DNA of 25,490 bases from a virus. Its lineage: Duplodnaviria > Caudoviricetes. Location: the IMG/VR virus record IMGVR_UViG_3300004807_000113, positions 1-25,490 of that record. One strand, written 5' to 3'. A program made the position numbers and the translations under genes. Positions 8,976 through 17,172 of this stretch are shown here, one piece after another (positions within the stretch are counted from its first letter, which is position 1; each line of letters starts with the position of its first letter). The notes under the pieces are model-generated. The model was not told the DNA's origin. It was given only the letters and a program-made list of their open reading frames with translations, and ran no database searches.

Positions 8976-9437
8976 CTAAGGCTTTAGCGAAGCAGACAGT
9001 TGCCATGCCCACTTGTCGTGCATCTCGATACGCCCTGCAAGGAAGTTCACGACACCCTGCCGGTTCGCCGCATTAGCGATTTGATAGGCCATGTTCAGGC
9101 TTTCCAAAACACCAGCGTTAGTCACGAGCAAGTCTGCGACCAAGATTTCAGCGGAATACCCCTCAACGGGGTTGTCGGAAACACTAGAACGAGCCATCAG
9201 GTCAGGCAGGCGGAACGGGGCAACTCCGCCCACCTTCCTGATGTTTTCAGCGATACCGTCGAGGCTCTCCCAAACATCGTTGTAGATTTCCTCGAACTTG
9301 GCGTGATACTGCGGGAAGTCCGTTCCGACGATGTTCCAATGGAAGCCGTGGACACGGTGATACATCACCGTTGCGTCAGCCAGCACCGTAGCGAGTGCGG
9401 TGGCTAAGCCCATGTTGGCTTCTTTGGAAATCAACAT
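8976..9437 (-). CDS. dps: Dps-family ferritin-like DNA protection protein
   Basis: HGFHWNIVG..F...H..FEEIY.....D.IAENIR signature and terminal H.K..W.L. An alternative start is the Met at 9413. Confidence 0.9.
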   Translation of the reverse strand: MLISKEANMGLATALATVLADATVMYHRVHGFHWNIVGTDFPQYHAKFEEIYNDVWESLDGIAENIRKVGGVAPFRLPDLMARSSVSDNPVEGYSAEILVADLLVTNAGVLESLNMAYQIANAANRQGVVNFLAGRIEMHDKWAWQLSASLKP

Positions 9438-9439
9438 TT

Positions 9440-10093
9440 TCAGACGATCATCTCGCCGGTGCCGGGGAGGGTGCCTCGTCCGCCCACACGGTCGGTCGCA
9501 AGCATGTTGTTGGTGTGGCTCATGCCTCGAATGACGTGGATAGCGGTTTGGAGGTTTTGGAGGAACTTACCCTGTGCGGTGAGAGCGAAAGCCTGCTGCT
9601 GAAGGGCGGCGGTGCGCTCTCCGTTGCGGATCAGGCGGGCAACGTCGTTGGTTGCCTTTGAGGCGATGTGACCCGTGTTTCCGCCGGAGTGGGCGGCTTC
9701 GTAGAGAAGTTCCATGTCGTTGTGGACAGACTGCGAGAGTTTGCCTTGGAAGTTCGGGTGACGGCTACCGATGCCGATGTTCTTAGCGGCGGCTGCGGTG
9801 GCATGGAAGGCGGCCTCGTCCAAAACCGTAGCGGCTCGACCGAACTCGCCGTGGTTCGCAAGTTCCTGCGCCTTAGCAACATCGCTAACGGCTTCGGCGA
9901 CATGCTGCTGCGGGGTCCAGTTTTCCGTGCCCGGACGGGGGTTGTGGCGGTTGAACTGTGCAACAGCATCGGAGAACCGACGACCACCACGATATGGCAA
10001 CTTACGACCGCTGGGGTTCGCACGACGGCCTGAACCGGGTCCGCCCTTACTGAAATCCACTTCCCATTCTTCCATGATTTCCCATTCTTCCAT
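9440..10093 (-). CDS. Tagged hypothetical protein (one tag, helical Ala/His domain)
   Basis: Short acidic leader MEEWEIMEEWEVDFSK followed by GGPGSGRR. The stop is 2 nt before the dps start. Confidence 0.8.
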   Translation of the reverse strand: MEEWEIMEEWEVDFSKGGPGSGRRANPSGRKLPYRGGRRFSDAVAQFNRHNPRPGTENWTPQQHVAEAVSDVAKAQELANHGEFGRAATVLDEAAFHATAAAAKNIGIGSRHPNFQGKLSQSVHNDMELLYEAAHSGGNTGHIASKATNDVARLIRNGERTAALQQQAFALTAQGKFLQNLQTAIHVIRGMSHTNNMLATDRVGGRGTLPGTGEMIV

Positions 10094-10096
10094 GAT
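10061..10096. repeat. Perfect 18-nt tandem duplication
   Basis: ttcccattcttccatgat twice, producing MEEWEI-MEEWEV. Confidence 0.9.
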
Positions 10097-10135
10097 GCTC
10101 TACTTTCTACTCTGTGACGGGTTTCGTCAGATTTT

Positions 10136-11110
10136 CTAGTTGAGTTCGGGACGCTGACGGATGATCGCCTCAACTGCGCTGTGGTAGTTGTTGTCGGTCA
10201 AAGCGTCGAGGTCTGCCGGAGTTGCTGATTGCACGAGCCAGTTTGGAATAGCGTCGGTGTGCTCGTTGATGATCGCTTCCTGCTGCTCGGGAGTTGACCA
10301 GCCGCCGTTCATGCTCGCCGCAGGGTTCGCATCTGAGTAGCGAGCGACGCTTTCCATGATTTTCGCAGCGTTGTCGGTCATGGGAGCCTGCTGCCAGCGT
10401 TCACGGTAGTCGTCGGCTGTTACATCGGCGAGGGCTGATCGGGTGTTGATGCGGTCACCGAAACTCTTGCGAGGACCGGAACCGGGTCCGCCCTTCGTCA
10501 CACCCGCTCCCATCTTGCTAGAGACATGGTCAATCACGCCTTGCAAAGCAGCGGCTTGCTCTTTCAAGTCTTGAGCCGTGTCATAGTTATCAAATCTTGA
10601 GTTTTGGACCGCTTCTTGCCTCAACTGTCCAACTTGATTACGAGCCTCATCAAGGTGCTGTTCAACGCTCTTGGTTTGGTCCCCACCAATCTTGTCGGCA
10701 AGGGCTTTTGCTTCACCAGCAATCCGCCAGTTCTGCAAGGCAACATGACCAGAAATGGTACGTCCATAAGGGGCCGCCTTGAAGCGGTTGCCGAGAGCGT
10801 CGGTGTTGCGACGAACGCCACGACCCAGACCCTCAGCGGCGGTCTGTTGGAGGGTGCGAAGGTGCCCAATGGCTTCAGCGTGGCGGCCTGATCCGGCACC
10901 ACCCTTTTGCACGCCATTTTCAGCCTTCACCTCTGCATACTTGGCTCGCATACGAGCGCAGTCGGCTTCAGACTTGCAGGGCGGGTCACCGTGCTTTGCG
11001 TGCCAGTTATCGTGATCTTGGTCGTGACGAAGAACATCTGCGAGGCTCTCGTCCATGCTCTTAGCGACGAGCAGCCAACCGTAGATTTCAGCGTTGATGT
11101 GATCCGTCAT
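10136..11110 (-). CDS. Tagged polyprotein (two tags, one variant GGAGSG)
   Basis: AAAGGA RBS; leader NAEIYGWLLVAK; His/Cys mini-module HDQDHDNWHAKHGDPPC....C; VQKGGAGSGRH and VTKGGPGSGPR. Confidence 0.8.
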   Translation of the reverse strand: MTDHINAEIYGWLLVAKSMDESLADVLRHDQDHDNWHAKHGDPPCKSEADCARMRAKYAEVKAENGVQKGGAGSGRHAEAIGHLRTLQQTAAEGLGRGVRRNTDALGNRFKAAPYGRTISGHVALQNWRIAGEAKALADKIGGDQTKSVEQHLDEARNQVGQLRQEAVQNSRFDNYDTAQDLKEQAAALQGVIDHVSSKMGAGVTKGGPGSGPRKSFGDRINTRSALADVTADDYRERWQQAPMTDNAAKIMESVARYSDANPAASMNGGWSTPEQQEAIINEHTDAIPNWLVQSATPADLDALTDNNYHSAVEAIIRQRPELN

Positions 11111-11138
11111 AGCAAGTTATCCTTTCGGGGGAACCGTG

Positions 11139-11157
11139 TAAATGCTATCCCACATTT
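11139..11157 (-). promoter_or_regulatory. Shared promoter-like motif, copy 2
   Basis: Minus strand aaatgtgggaTAGCATtta, about 30 nt upstream of 11110. Confidence 0.6.
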
Positions 11158-11170
11158 CAGAAACGGGGTT

Positions 11171-11935
11171 CTATGCCGCCATTGGCAGGTCGTTCGTGCC
11201 TTCGGTGAGTTGGCCTGCCGCATCGGAGAAATCCCATGCTTCCTGACGGTCTGCGGGGGTCACATTTTCACCACGCTTCAGGCGGTCGGCAACCTCCATG
11301 TGGACGAACTTTGCGTCCATGTGGGCGTATCCGGCTTGACGGTGATCCATGCCAGCCTTGCGGTCACCACGCTTCATAGCGTCTGAATACTCTTTGCGGT
11401 GGTAGGCGGACATATTATCGTGGTAATACATCATTTCACGGTGCTTCGCTTCCAAACCCTTTGGGCGAGGTCCTGAACCCGGTCCGCCCTTCGTGACGAG
11501 GCCGGTCTTGTTCGTCAACTGACCGGCAACCGCCGAAGCCTGCTCGGGGGTCTTTACGTCCTCGATGTGGCTGATCTCGTTTGGCTTGCGATAGGTGAAA
11601 ACCAACCGTGACCTTGGGGTGATGCCTTCAGCCGCCTCCTTGTGCATACGGTATGCGACCGCATGGGCATTGGCGGCGAGAATGTGAGCATTTTCGAGGT
11701 CGTGGAGGCGACCGAGTTCTGCCATATAGGGCTTCCACTTTGGTCCGCCGACCATTGGTGATGTGCGGATCAGTCGTCCCGATGCCTTGTGAGCGTCATC
11801 TGCGACCTTTTTGTGGAACTTATACTGCGACTCGTGCCACTTGACCATGCCTTCGTGAGCATGACGACCTGAACCGGGGCCACCCTTGGCGAGTAGCACC
11901 CAGTTCAGGATTTCAGCATCGAGACTGCTCGGCAT
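11171..11935 (-). CDS. Tagged polyprotein (two His-rich helical modules)
   Basis: Leader DAEILNWVLLAK, two tags, TAATG stop/start overlap with the upstream gene. Confidence 0.8.
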   Translation of the reverse strand: MPSSLDAEILNWVLLAKGGPGSGRHAHEGMVKWHESQYKFHKKVADDAHKASGRLIRTSPMVGGPKWKPYMAELGRLHDLENAHILAANAHAVAYRMHKEAAEGITPRSRLVFTYRKPNEISHIEDVKTPEQASAVAGQLTNKTGLVTKGGPGSGPRPKGLEAKHREMMYYHDNMSAYHRKEYSDAMKRGDRKAGMDHRQAGYAHMDAKFVHMEVADRLKRGENVTPADRQEAWDFSDAAGQLTEGTNDLPMAA

Positions 11936-13662
11936 TAGAAGGTCCCGGTGCGATCCGCAACCCGTTGTGCCGCCTGACCGTTAGAAATGGCTCGTCCCAC
12001 AACATCGTGGACGTGCACTACAGCATCATGGAAGGGGTTGAAGGTATCGGTCATCATCTCCCCCAACGCCATCTGCCTCCGACTGTGGATTTGGTCTTGG
12101 AGGTCCCGCTTGTGCTCGTCAAGTGACTTTTCCGGGTGCTGCTCGATTTGGTCTGCCCACTCGTCAAGGCGACCAGCCGCCGACTGGTGCTTTGCTGACC
12201 CCATGTAGGTCGAACCCTTGAATGACGGCTTCTTGTAGCGCAACTTGCTTCGGGACTCCGCCGCCGCACTGCGAATGATGCTCACAGCCTTAGCGTGTCC
12301 GGCTGGCAAGCGACCCGAACCGGGTCCACCCTTGGTCACGCTCTGGCTGTCTGCCATTGCTGAGGCGACGGCAGCAGCGGAAGCCGCACCGACCCACTCT
12401 TCCAAAGCACCGACAACATCTCCCTTAGAGCCACCAGCGTTGATCGTGTCCACGACATTTTTAGCGGCTTGTTCGGCGTTGAAGTGCGCTATTTCTGCGG
12501 CGTAGTGCGCCTCACCCAAAGGCTCGCCCTCGAAATCTTCTCGCATCTGTTGATGGTCGCCAGCGATCATGAGGTGCTCCCCAATGGCCCCGTCCATGCC
12601 GTATGGGCGAGGATTTTCACCTTGGATCAGGGTCTTTAGTTGCTCGTTGTTGATCCTTCCACCAACATAAGCGAGAGCCGTCTGCGTTGCGCCGAGAACA
12701 AGTTGGCTTGCGTTGCTGATTTCGATACCCTCAGGGTGACGACCGGAACCCGGACCGCCCTTCGTGATTTCAGCAGACTTACGCATGGGATCGTGGTCGC
12801 CGAACGGGACATTGACGAACGAACTTGCTTCGTAAGCCTTTTCACCAACCTCGTCGGCGTAGATGTCGCTCTCTTGACCCTTCACGGTGTCCTTACCGGC
12901 ACGGGAGTAAACACGCTGCACGGTGTAGGTGTCGTTGTCGTGGAGGAACACACGAACCTTGTAGCCACGACCAACGGGGAGTTCCAAACCAACCGGACGA
13001 CCGTTTTGGGTGATCGTGCCGACACGGCCACCGGAGATAGCCAGAATGTTCATGCGCCCGATTTGGGAAACGGTGGTCTGCGGGTCAAAGGTTCGTGCTC
13101 CGTGCCCTTCAGGGACGACTGAGCCGCCCTCAGGGTGACGACCGCTACCCGGCCCACCCTTCGTGATTTCAGTGTTGTTGTTCGTGTCCATGAGGACCCC
13201 TCCCGTGTGAAATGCTGTTTGGTCGTAGGCGTTCTTGCTCATGAGAAATGCTCGATGTGCCTTACGCCACACCTTATTTTCGGTGTTCCAAACTGCGGGG
13301 CGGATTTCGCCGTGATGCCCGTCCCACTTTTCGTCCACCACCGTTGGCGCCATCATGATCGCCGTCCGAGCAGCGTCCTCGTGTGCCCCCATAGCGTCTC
13401 CGTGTGCTGAAACCGCTTGGATCGCACTCGGAAACTCCGCCTTGATATCCAAAGCAGCCTTCTGGTGAGCCTCTGCCAACTGCGTGTGCAGGTCGGACAG
13501 GCTCTTGTAGTCAGCACCGACGAGCGGCTTCCCACCGTCCATAGCGACGGCTTCGTGAACCTCGATGATGCCTCGTGCCGCTTCCAAAAGTGCGGCGGCA
13601 ATATCGGCGGCTGAACCGACGACGATGAGGTTGGCTGGTTGGAGGGCGATGGGGTAGTTCAT
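11935..13662 (-). CDS. Tagged polyprotein (four modules, three tags)
   Basis: EITKGGPGSGRHPE twice and SVTKGGPGSGRL. The likely start is ATG at 13662 (TGATG overlap); the ORF track gives GTG at 13668. Confidence 0.8.
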   Translation of the reverse strand: MNYPIALQPANLIVVGSAADIAAALLEAARGIIEVHEAVAMDGGKPLVGADYKSLSDLHTQLAEAHQKAALDIKAEFPSAIQAVSAHGDAMGAHEDAARTAIMMAPTVVDEKWDGHHGEIRPAVWNTENKVWRKAHRAFLMSKNAYDQTAFHTGGVLMDTNNNTEITKGGPGSGRHPEGGSVVPEGHGARTFDPQTTVSQIGRMNILAISGGRVGTITQNGRPVGLELPVGRGYKVRVFLHDNDTYTVQRVYSRAGKDTVKGQESDIYADEVGEKAYEASSFVNVPFGDHDPMRKSAEITKGGPGSGRHPEGIEISNASQLVLGATQTALAYVGGRINNEQLKTLIQGENPRPYGMDGAIGEHLMIAGDHQQMREDFEGEPLGEAHYAAEIAHFNAEQAAKNVVDTINAGGSKGDVVGALEEWVGAASAAAVASAMADSQSVTKGGPGSGRLPAGHAKAVSIIRSAAAESRSKLRYKKPSFKGSTYMGSAKHQSAAGRLDEWADQIEQHPEKSLDEHKRDLQDQIHSRRQMALGEMMTDTFNPFHDAVVHVHDVVGRAISNGQAAQRVADRTGTF

Positions 13663-15410
13663 CACCACGAAACGCCCTTGGTGTTCATGATCTTCTTCAG
13701 TTCAGCCTTGATGGCCTTCGCCTTCTCGCCCTTCCACGTCGAAGCGTTGGAGAGGAAGTAGGCGACGATGGACTTTGCTCCGTCCATGCCGTAGCGGTCC
13801 TTGATATCGGACAGTTGGGACATGGCATCGAGGTAGGGCTTAGCACCGAAGTAAACGCCCTTGCCCTGACGACCCCAATCGTTGCGGATTTCACGAGCGA
13901 TGATGCCGAGCGGACGGTGACCTGATGCGGTAAGATCTTCGGTGGAGGAAGCCTCAGCCCCATCTTCCGGGTGACGACCTGAACCGGGACCACCCTTAGC
14001 GACGGAGGAGTCCGCTAAAGCATCGAGGCGTGCGGCCTCTCCGCTTGCGCCTGATGCCCTGCCTGATGCGATTTCGGCTTCTTGTTGCAACATGCCAAGT
14101 GACGACGAACCCAACTCTAATGCTTGGACGACGGCATCGTGGTCCGCAGATGCCGCATCGTGAGCATCCGCAGCGTCGGTGTGTGCATCACCCAAGTCCG
14201 CCATGCCTGCTGCGTATGCTTGCTGAGCAAGTTCCCTGTGTTGGTCAGCGATGTAGGCATGTCCATAGTGCATTGCACTGTGATCCTTGACACTACCACC
14301 CAGACGGGCACTCATGTAATGAAACTTGCTGCCCTCGGCTAAATCTTTAGCCGTGTTGCGACTGTCTGTGTGACGACCTGATCCGGGTCCACCCTTGACG
14401 ATTTCACTACCCTCGAACTTGACGGTTCGACCGGTTCCCTGATCGCCGTGCGCCGAGCGGTCGCTGGGGACATACTTGGTGTAGGGGTTGGGGGTTCCGT
14501 GCAGTTTGGGGTCGGGAACATTTGGACCCTTTGGAAGCCCGGTCATGGGACGACGACCACCGTTGCCCCACATCTTCGGCTTAGGCCAGTGATCTCCGTA
14601 GTGGGAGCCGCCGTTCGAGTGAGGTCCGCTGCCGGGGCCACCCTTGATGAAATCAAAGCGATCCACGGGGTAACGACCTTGGAGTGCCTGTGAGGTCATG
14701 TCGTTGGCTCGTAGTGTTGCCGTGTAGGCATTTTCGTCGTATGCCGATGCGCTGGGGAGGCTATCGTGAGCAACTGCGGCTTCAGCGTGAGCCAGAGCAG
14801 CAACGCCAAGATTTTGCGCCATGAGTTCATCGCCAGCGGCTCGTGCTTCGGCGGCGTGAGCAAGCAGAGCATCTGAAACTGCTTGATGCGCCTGCGCCGT
14901 TTCGACGGAGTTCCGAGGCCACGGTGTTGCAACATTAGGGATACCGGCTGCTTCACGGATCACCTGACTAACATTTTCACCTGCGCCACGTGCGGAGTGG
15001 CGACCTTGGTTGAAGCCGTCACCCCAAGTCTGCTCAAAGGTGTCCGGGTGGCGATCCATCATTTCGGCGGTCTTGTCGCCAGTTTCGGCCATGACGTTGC
15101 CGATCAAGTGCCCGAACTCTGGGTCTGACGGATTTTCCAAAGCGTCGGCGGTAGCCCGAGCGTGCTCTGCAAGTGCCCTCATGTCCGCCCTGCCCATGTA
15201 AAGGGCGGTGCCGGAGGAAACGCCGCCGTCCACAGGGTTCTTGATGGAGGTGCGGTTGTTGGCAGCCTTTTCAGCACGAGCAGCGACCTTGCGGAGGCGG
15301 TCAGCGGCCTTTTGCTTCCAGCCCGGACGGGGACCAGAGCCGGGTCCGCCCTTTTGGATAACACCCGCATCGGCGAGCCACTGCAAGATTTCGAGATCAG
15401 CGTGTTCCAT
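13662..15410 (-). CDS. Tagged polyprotein (four tags)
   Basis: AAAGGAG RBS directly after the protease stop; leader DLEILQWLADAGVIQK; four tags; compact C-terminal domain RPL..IAREI..DW..AKPYLDAM..YFL.NA.TW.G. Confidence 0.85.
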   Translation of the reverse strand: MEHADLEILQWLADAGVIQKGGPGSGPRPGWKQKAADRLRKVAARAEKAANNRTSIKNPVDGGVSSGTALYMGRADMRALAEHARATADALENPSDPEFGHLIGNVMAETGDKTAEMMDRHPDTFEQTWGDGFNQGRHSARGAGENVSQVIREAAGIPNVATPWPRNSVETAQAHQAVSDALLAHAAEARAAGDELMAQNLGVAALAHAEAAVAHDSLPSASAYDENAYTATLRANDMTSQALQGRYPVDRFDFIKGGPGSGPHSNGGSHYGDHWPKPKMWGNGGRRPMTGLPKGPNVPDPKLHGTPNPYTKYVPSDRSAHGDQGTGRTVKFEGSEIVKGGPGSGRHTDSRNTAKDLAEGSKFHYMSARLGGSVKDHSAMHYGHAYIADQHRELAQQAYAAGMADLGDAHTDAADAHDAASADHDAVVQALELGSSSLGMLQQEAEIASGRASGASGEAARLDALADSSVAKGGPGSGRHPEDGAEASSTEDLTASGHRPLGIIAREIRNDWGRQGKGVYFGAKPYLDAMSQLSDIKDRYGMDGAKSIVAYFLSNASTWKGEKAKAIKAELKKIMNTKGVSW

Positions 15411-15420
15411 TATTGCTCCT

Positions 15421-17109
15421 TTACTTACCCTTGTAGGCGGGGAAAGTGTCGTAGTTTTCTACATCTTCGGTTGGGAGGTCCACCTCGACACCAGCACCGG
15501 TTCCGCCGATGCTGTAGCCACGGATTTCACCCTTCTTGACGAGTTCCCAAGCCCAAGGCTCCCAGATCACGCCGAGAAATACAGTTCCAGCGGGGAAGGT
15601 CGTCTTACTGATTTGCCCAGTATCGGCCTGAACCATTGGAACCTCGATGGGGTGCGGCCAAGTCAGAGCCTCAACCCACTTGCCAGCCACAATGTTCACA
15701 TTGTGCTGAAGTCGAATGCCCCTGTCGCCGTTCTCCACATAACCCCAGAGTGCCTTTTGGAGTTCCTGAGCGTCCGTCCACTCATTGTGAGCGTCGGCAC
15801 GGTTTGGAACATACCAAGGTCCGAGCGTGTAGCGTTCCTCGGCGTTCTTTTGGAGCGTTCCGGGGATTTCAGCACTCTTTTGCATGAGGTTTGCGTCTTG
15901 CATGACCTCGGGGTTCACTTGATCCTCGATGACGGTCATGTTCTCTGGCACGAACTTAGGCTTCTTGCGGCGGGAACCGACGAAGGTGCCTACAGCGTCC
16001 ACATGAACGCTAGAAACGGTGGGGCTGTCCTTGCGAACGCCTGCCGACATTTCGATATCTTCGTCGTCATCGCCGTCCCACGAAGCGTCCTCGCCGCTCG
16101 TCTCATCGTCGTAGTTGTCCTTCTTGCGGCGGTGGAACAGGCTCTTGTAGTAGTTTTCAGCCTTTGCCGCCAACTCCACACGGACAGGGACGATGTTGAA
16201 CTTGCACCAGCCGTCGGGGTTGCACATGGTTGCGACCCAATCGCAGGAACCGTTTTCACCACAGGCAACGCAGTTCGAGCAGATAGCACCTTGCTCGCTG
16301 AATGGAGAAATGTCGGTGTAGGCAGCGTCGGGAGCCGGAATACGCCCCAAGTTCTCCACGATCTCGTCAAGATTTTCGGCGATCTCGACCTGCCACGGGT
16401 CAAGCCCGTCCTTCCAATCCTCACCGAGGGTTTCAGCACGGTCGTCGTATGAGGAACTGCTACTTGATGACGAACTCGACGATGAGGAAGAACTACTAGA
16501 CGACGAACTCTCGTCATCGCCGCTCGACGAACTGCTGTCGTCGTCATTATTTTCCTGCACGGCGGCGAGGATCGCTGCAACGGTGGACGGGTCAAGTTGC
16601 ACCTGAACTGCACCATCGGTCGTGAAGTCGTCGTCGCTGTAGTCCTCAGGGATTTCGACAGGGGAGGTCGAAAAGGTGAATGGGAAGCCAACGGTCTTGC
16701 TCAGAGGCTCGCACTCATCTTGTTCGGTGGTGGAACCGCAGATCAGACAGGCGTGGGTGTCGCCAAAGACATTTTCGCTCTTAGCGAATGGGTGAACCGT
16801 GTCGGCAAGTCCCTTAGCGATGTTGCGGCTAATCAGGCGTTGCTCAGCCTCAGGGGAAAGTCCATCAACGCCGAGCACTTGGTCAGCCATGCGCTTCCAA
16901 ATCGGGTTGTCGTCGAGGCGGTTCGGCACCATGACGAGGGAGATTTCACCGTCCTCGCCCTTGGCAACGGCCATGAGGTCAGCGGTTTGGAAGCCCTCCG
17001 TGAGGAGGTCGGCGGCACTTTCCCGAACATCGGCAGTCAGAGTGGTGTTCTTCACAATGTCGGCGAGAGCCACATCGGACACCACATCTAAAATGTGCAC
17101 TTCTTCCAC
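15421..17109 (-). CDS. XkdF-like putative prohead serine protease with long N-terminal extension
   Basis: C-terminal EERYTLGPWYVP..DAH.E...LQH....G.WVE..GT...G......W..VKKGEIRGYSIGG matches the XkdF/Peptidase_S78_2 pattern. It lies downstream of the portal and has a GGGAG RBS. Confidence 0.85.
   Translation of the reverse strand: MEEVHILDVVSDVALADIVKNTTLTADVRESAADLLTEGFQTADLMAVAKGEDGEISLVMVPNRLDDNPIWKRMADQVLGVDGLSPEAEQRLISRNIAKGLADTVHPFAKSENVFGDTHACLICGSTTEQDECEPLSKTVGFPFTFSTSPVEIPEDYSDDDFTTDGAVQVQLDPSTVAAILAAVQENNDDDSSSSSGDDESSSSSSSSSSSSSSSSSSSSYDDRAETLGEDWKDGLDPWQVEIAENLDEIVENLGRIPAPDAAYTDISPFSEQGAICSNCVACGENGSCDWVATMCNPDGWCKFNIVPVRVELAAKAENYYKSLFHRRKKDNYDDETSGEDASWDGDDDEDIEMSAGVRKDSPTVSSVHVDAVGTFVGSRRKKPKFVPENMTVIEDQVNPEVMQDANLMQKSAEIPGTLQKNAEERYTLGPWYVPNRADAHNEWTDAQELQKALWGYVENGDRGIRLQHNVNIVAGKWVEALTWPHPIEVPMVQADTGQISKTTFPAGTVFLGVIWEPWAWELVKKGEIRGYSIGGTGAGVEVDLPTEDVENYDTFPAYKGK
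16450..16509 (-). repeat. Poly-Ser20 tract in the protease
   Basis: 20 consecutive Ser codons using all six Ser codons. Confidence 0.95.
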
Positions 17110-17134
17110 GGGCAGGCTCCCTTGCGCTTTGTCG

Positions 17135-17154
17135 TAAATGCTACATCAGGATTG
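17135..17154 (-). promoter_or_regulatory. Shared promoter-like motif, copy 3
   Basis: Minus strand caatcctgatgTAGCATtta, about 28 nt upstream of the protease start. Confidence 0.6.
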
Positions 17155-17172
17155 CGGAAAACCCGTATAGCG

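Larger units (their letters stand above)
1455..15353 (-). repeat. Dispersed in-frame peptide tag KGGPGSG(R/P), 18 copies in the main cluster
   Basis: 27-nt units starting at 1455, 2157, 2880, 4324, 4834, 8231, 10022, 10469, 10880, 11465, 11861, 12307, 12736, 13135, 13971, 14370, 14619 and 15327. Confidence 0.97.

Noticed and set aside
807-15410. Diversity-generating retroelement or RiPP precursor array
   Set aside because: There is no reverse transcriptase, no template/variable repeat pair with adenine-specific differences, and no RiPP maturase. The segments between tags are mostly domain-sized, not short core peptides.
15208-16452. 414-aa plus-strand ORF
   Set aside because: Antisense to the protease and the first tagged gene; no recognisable motifs.
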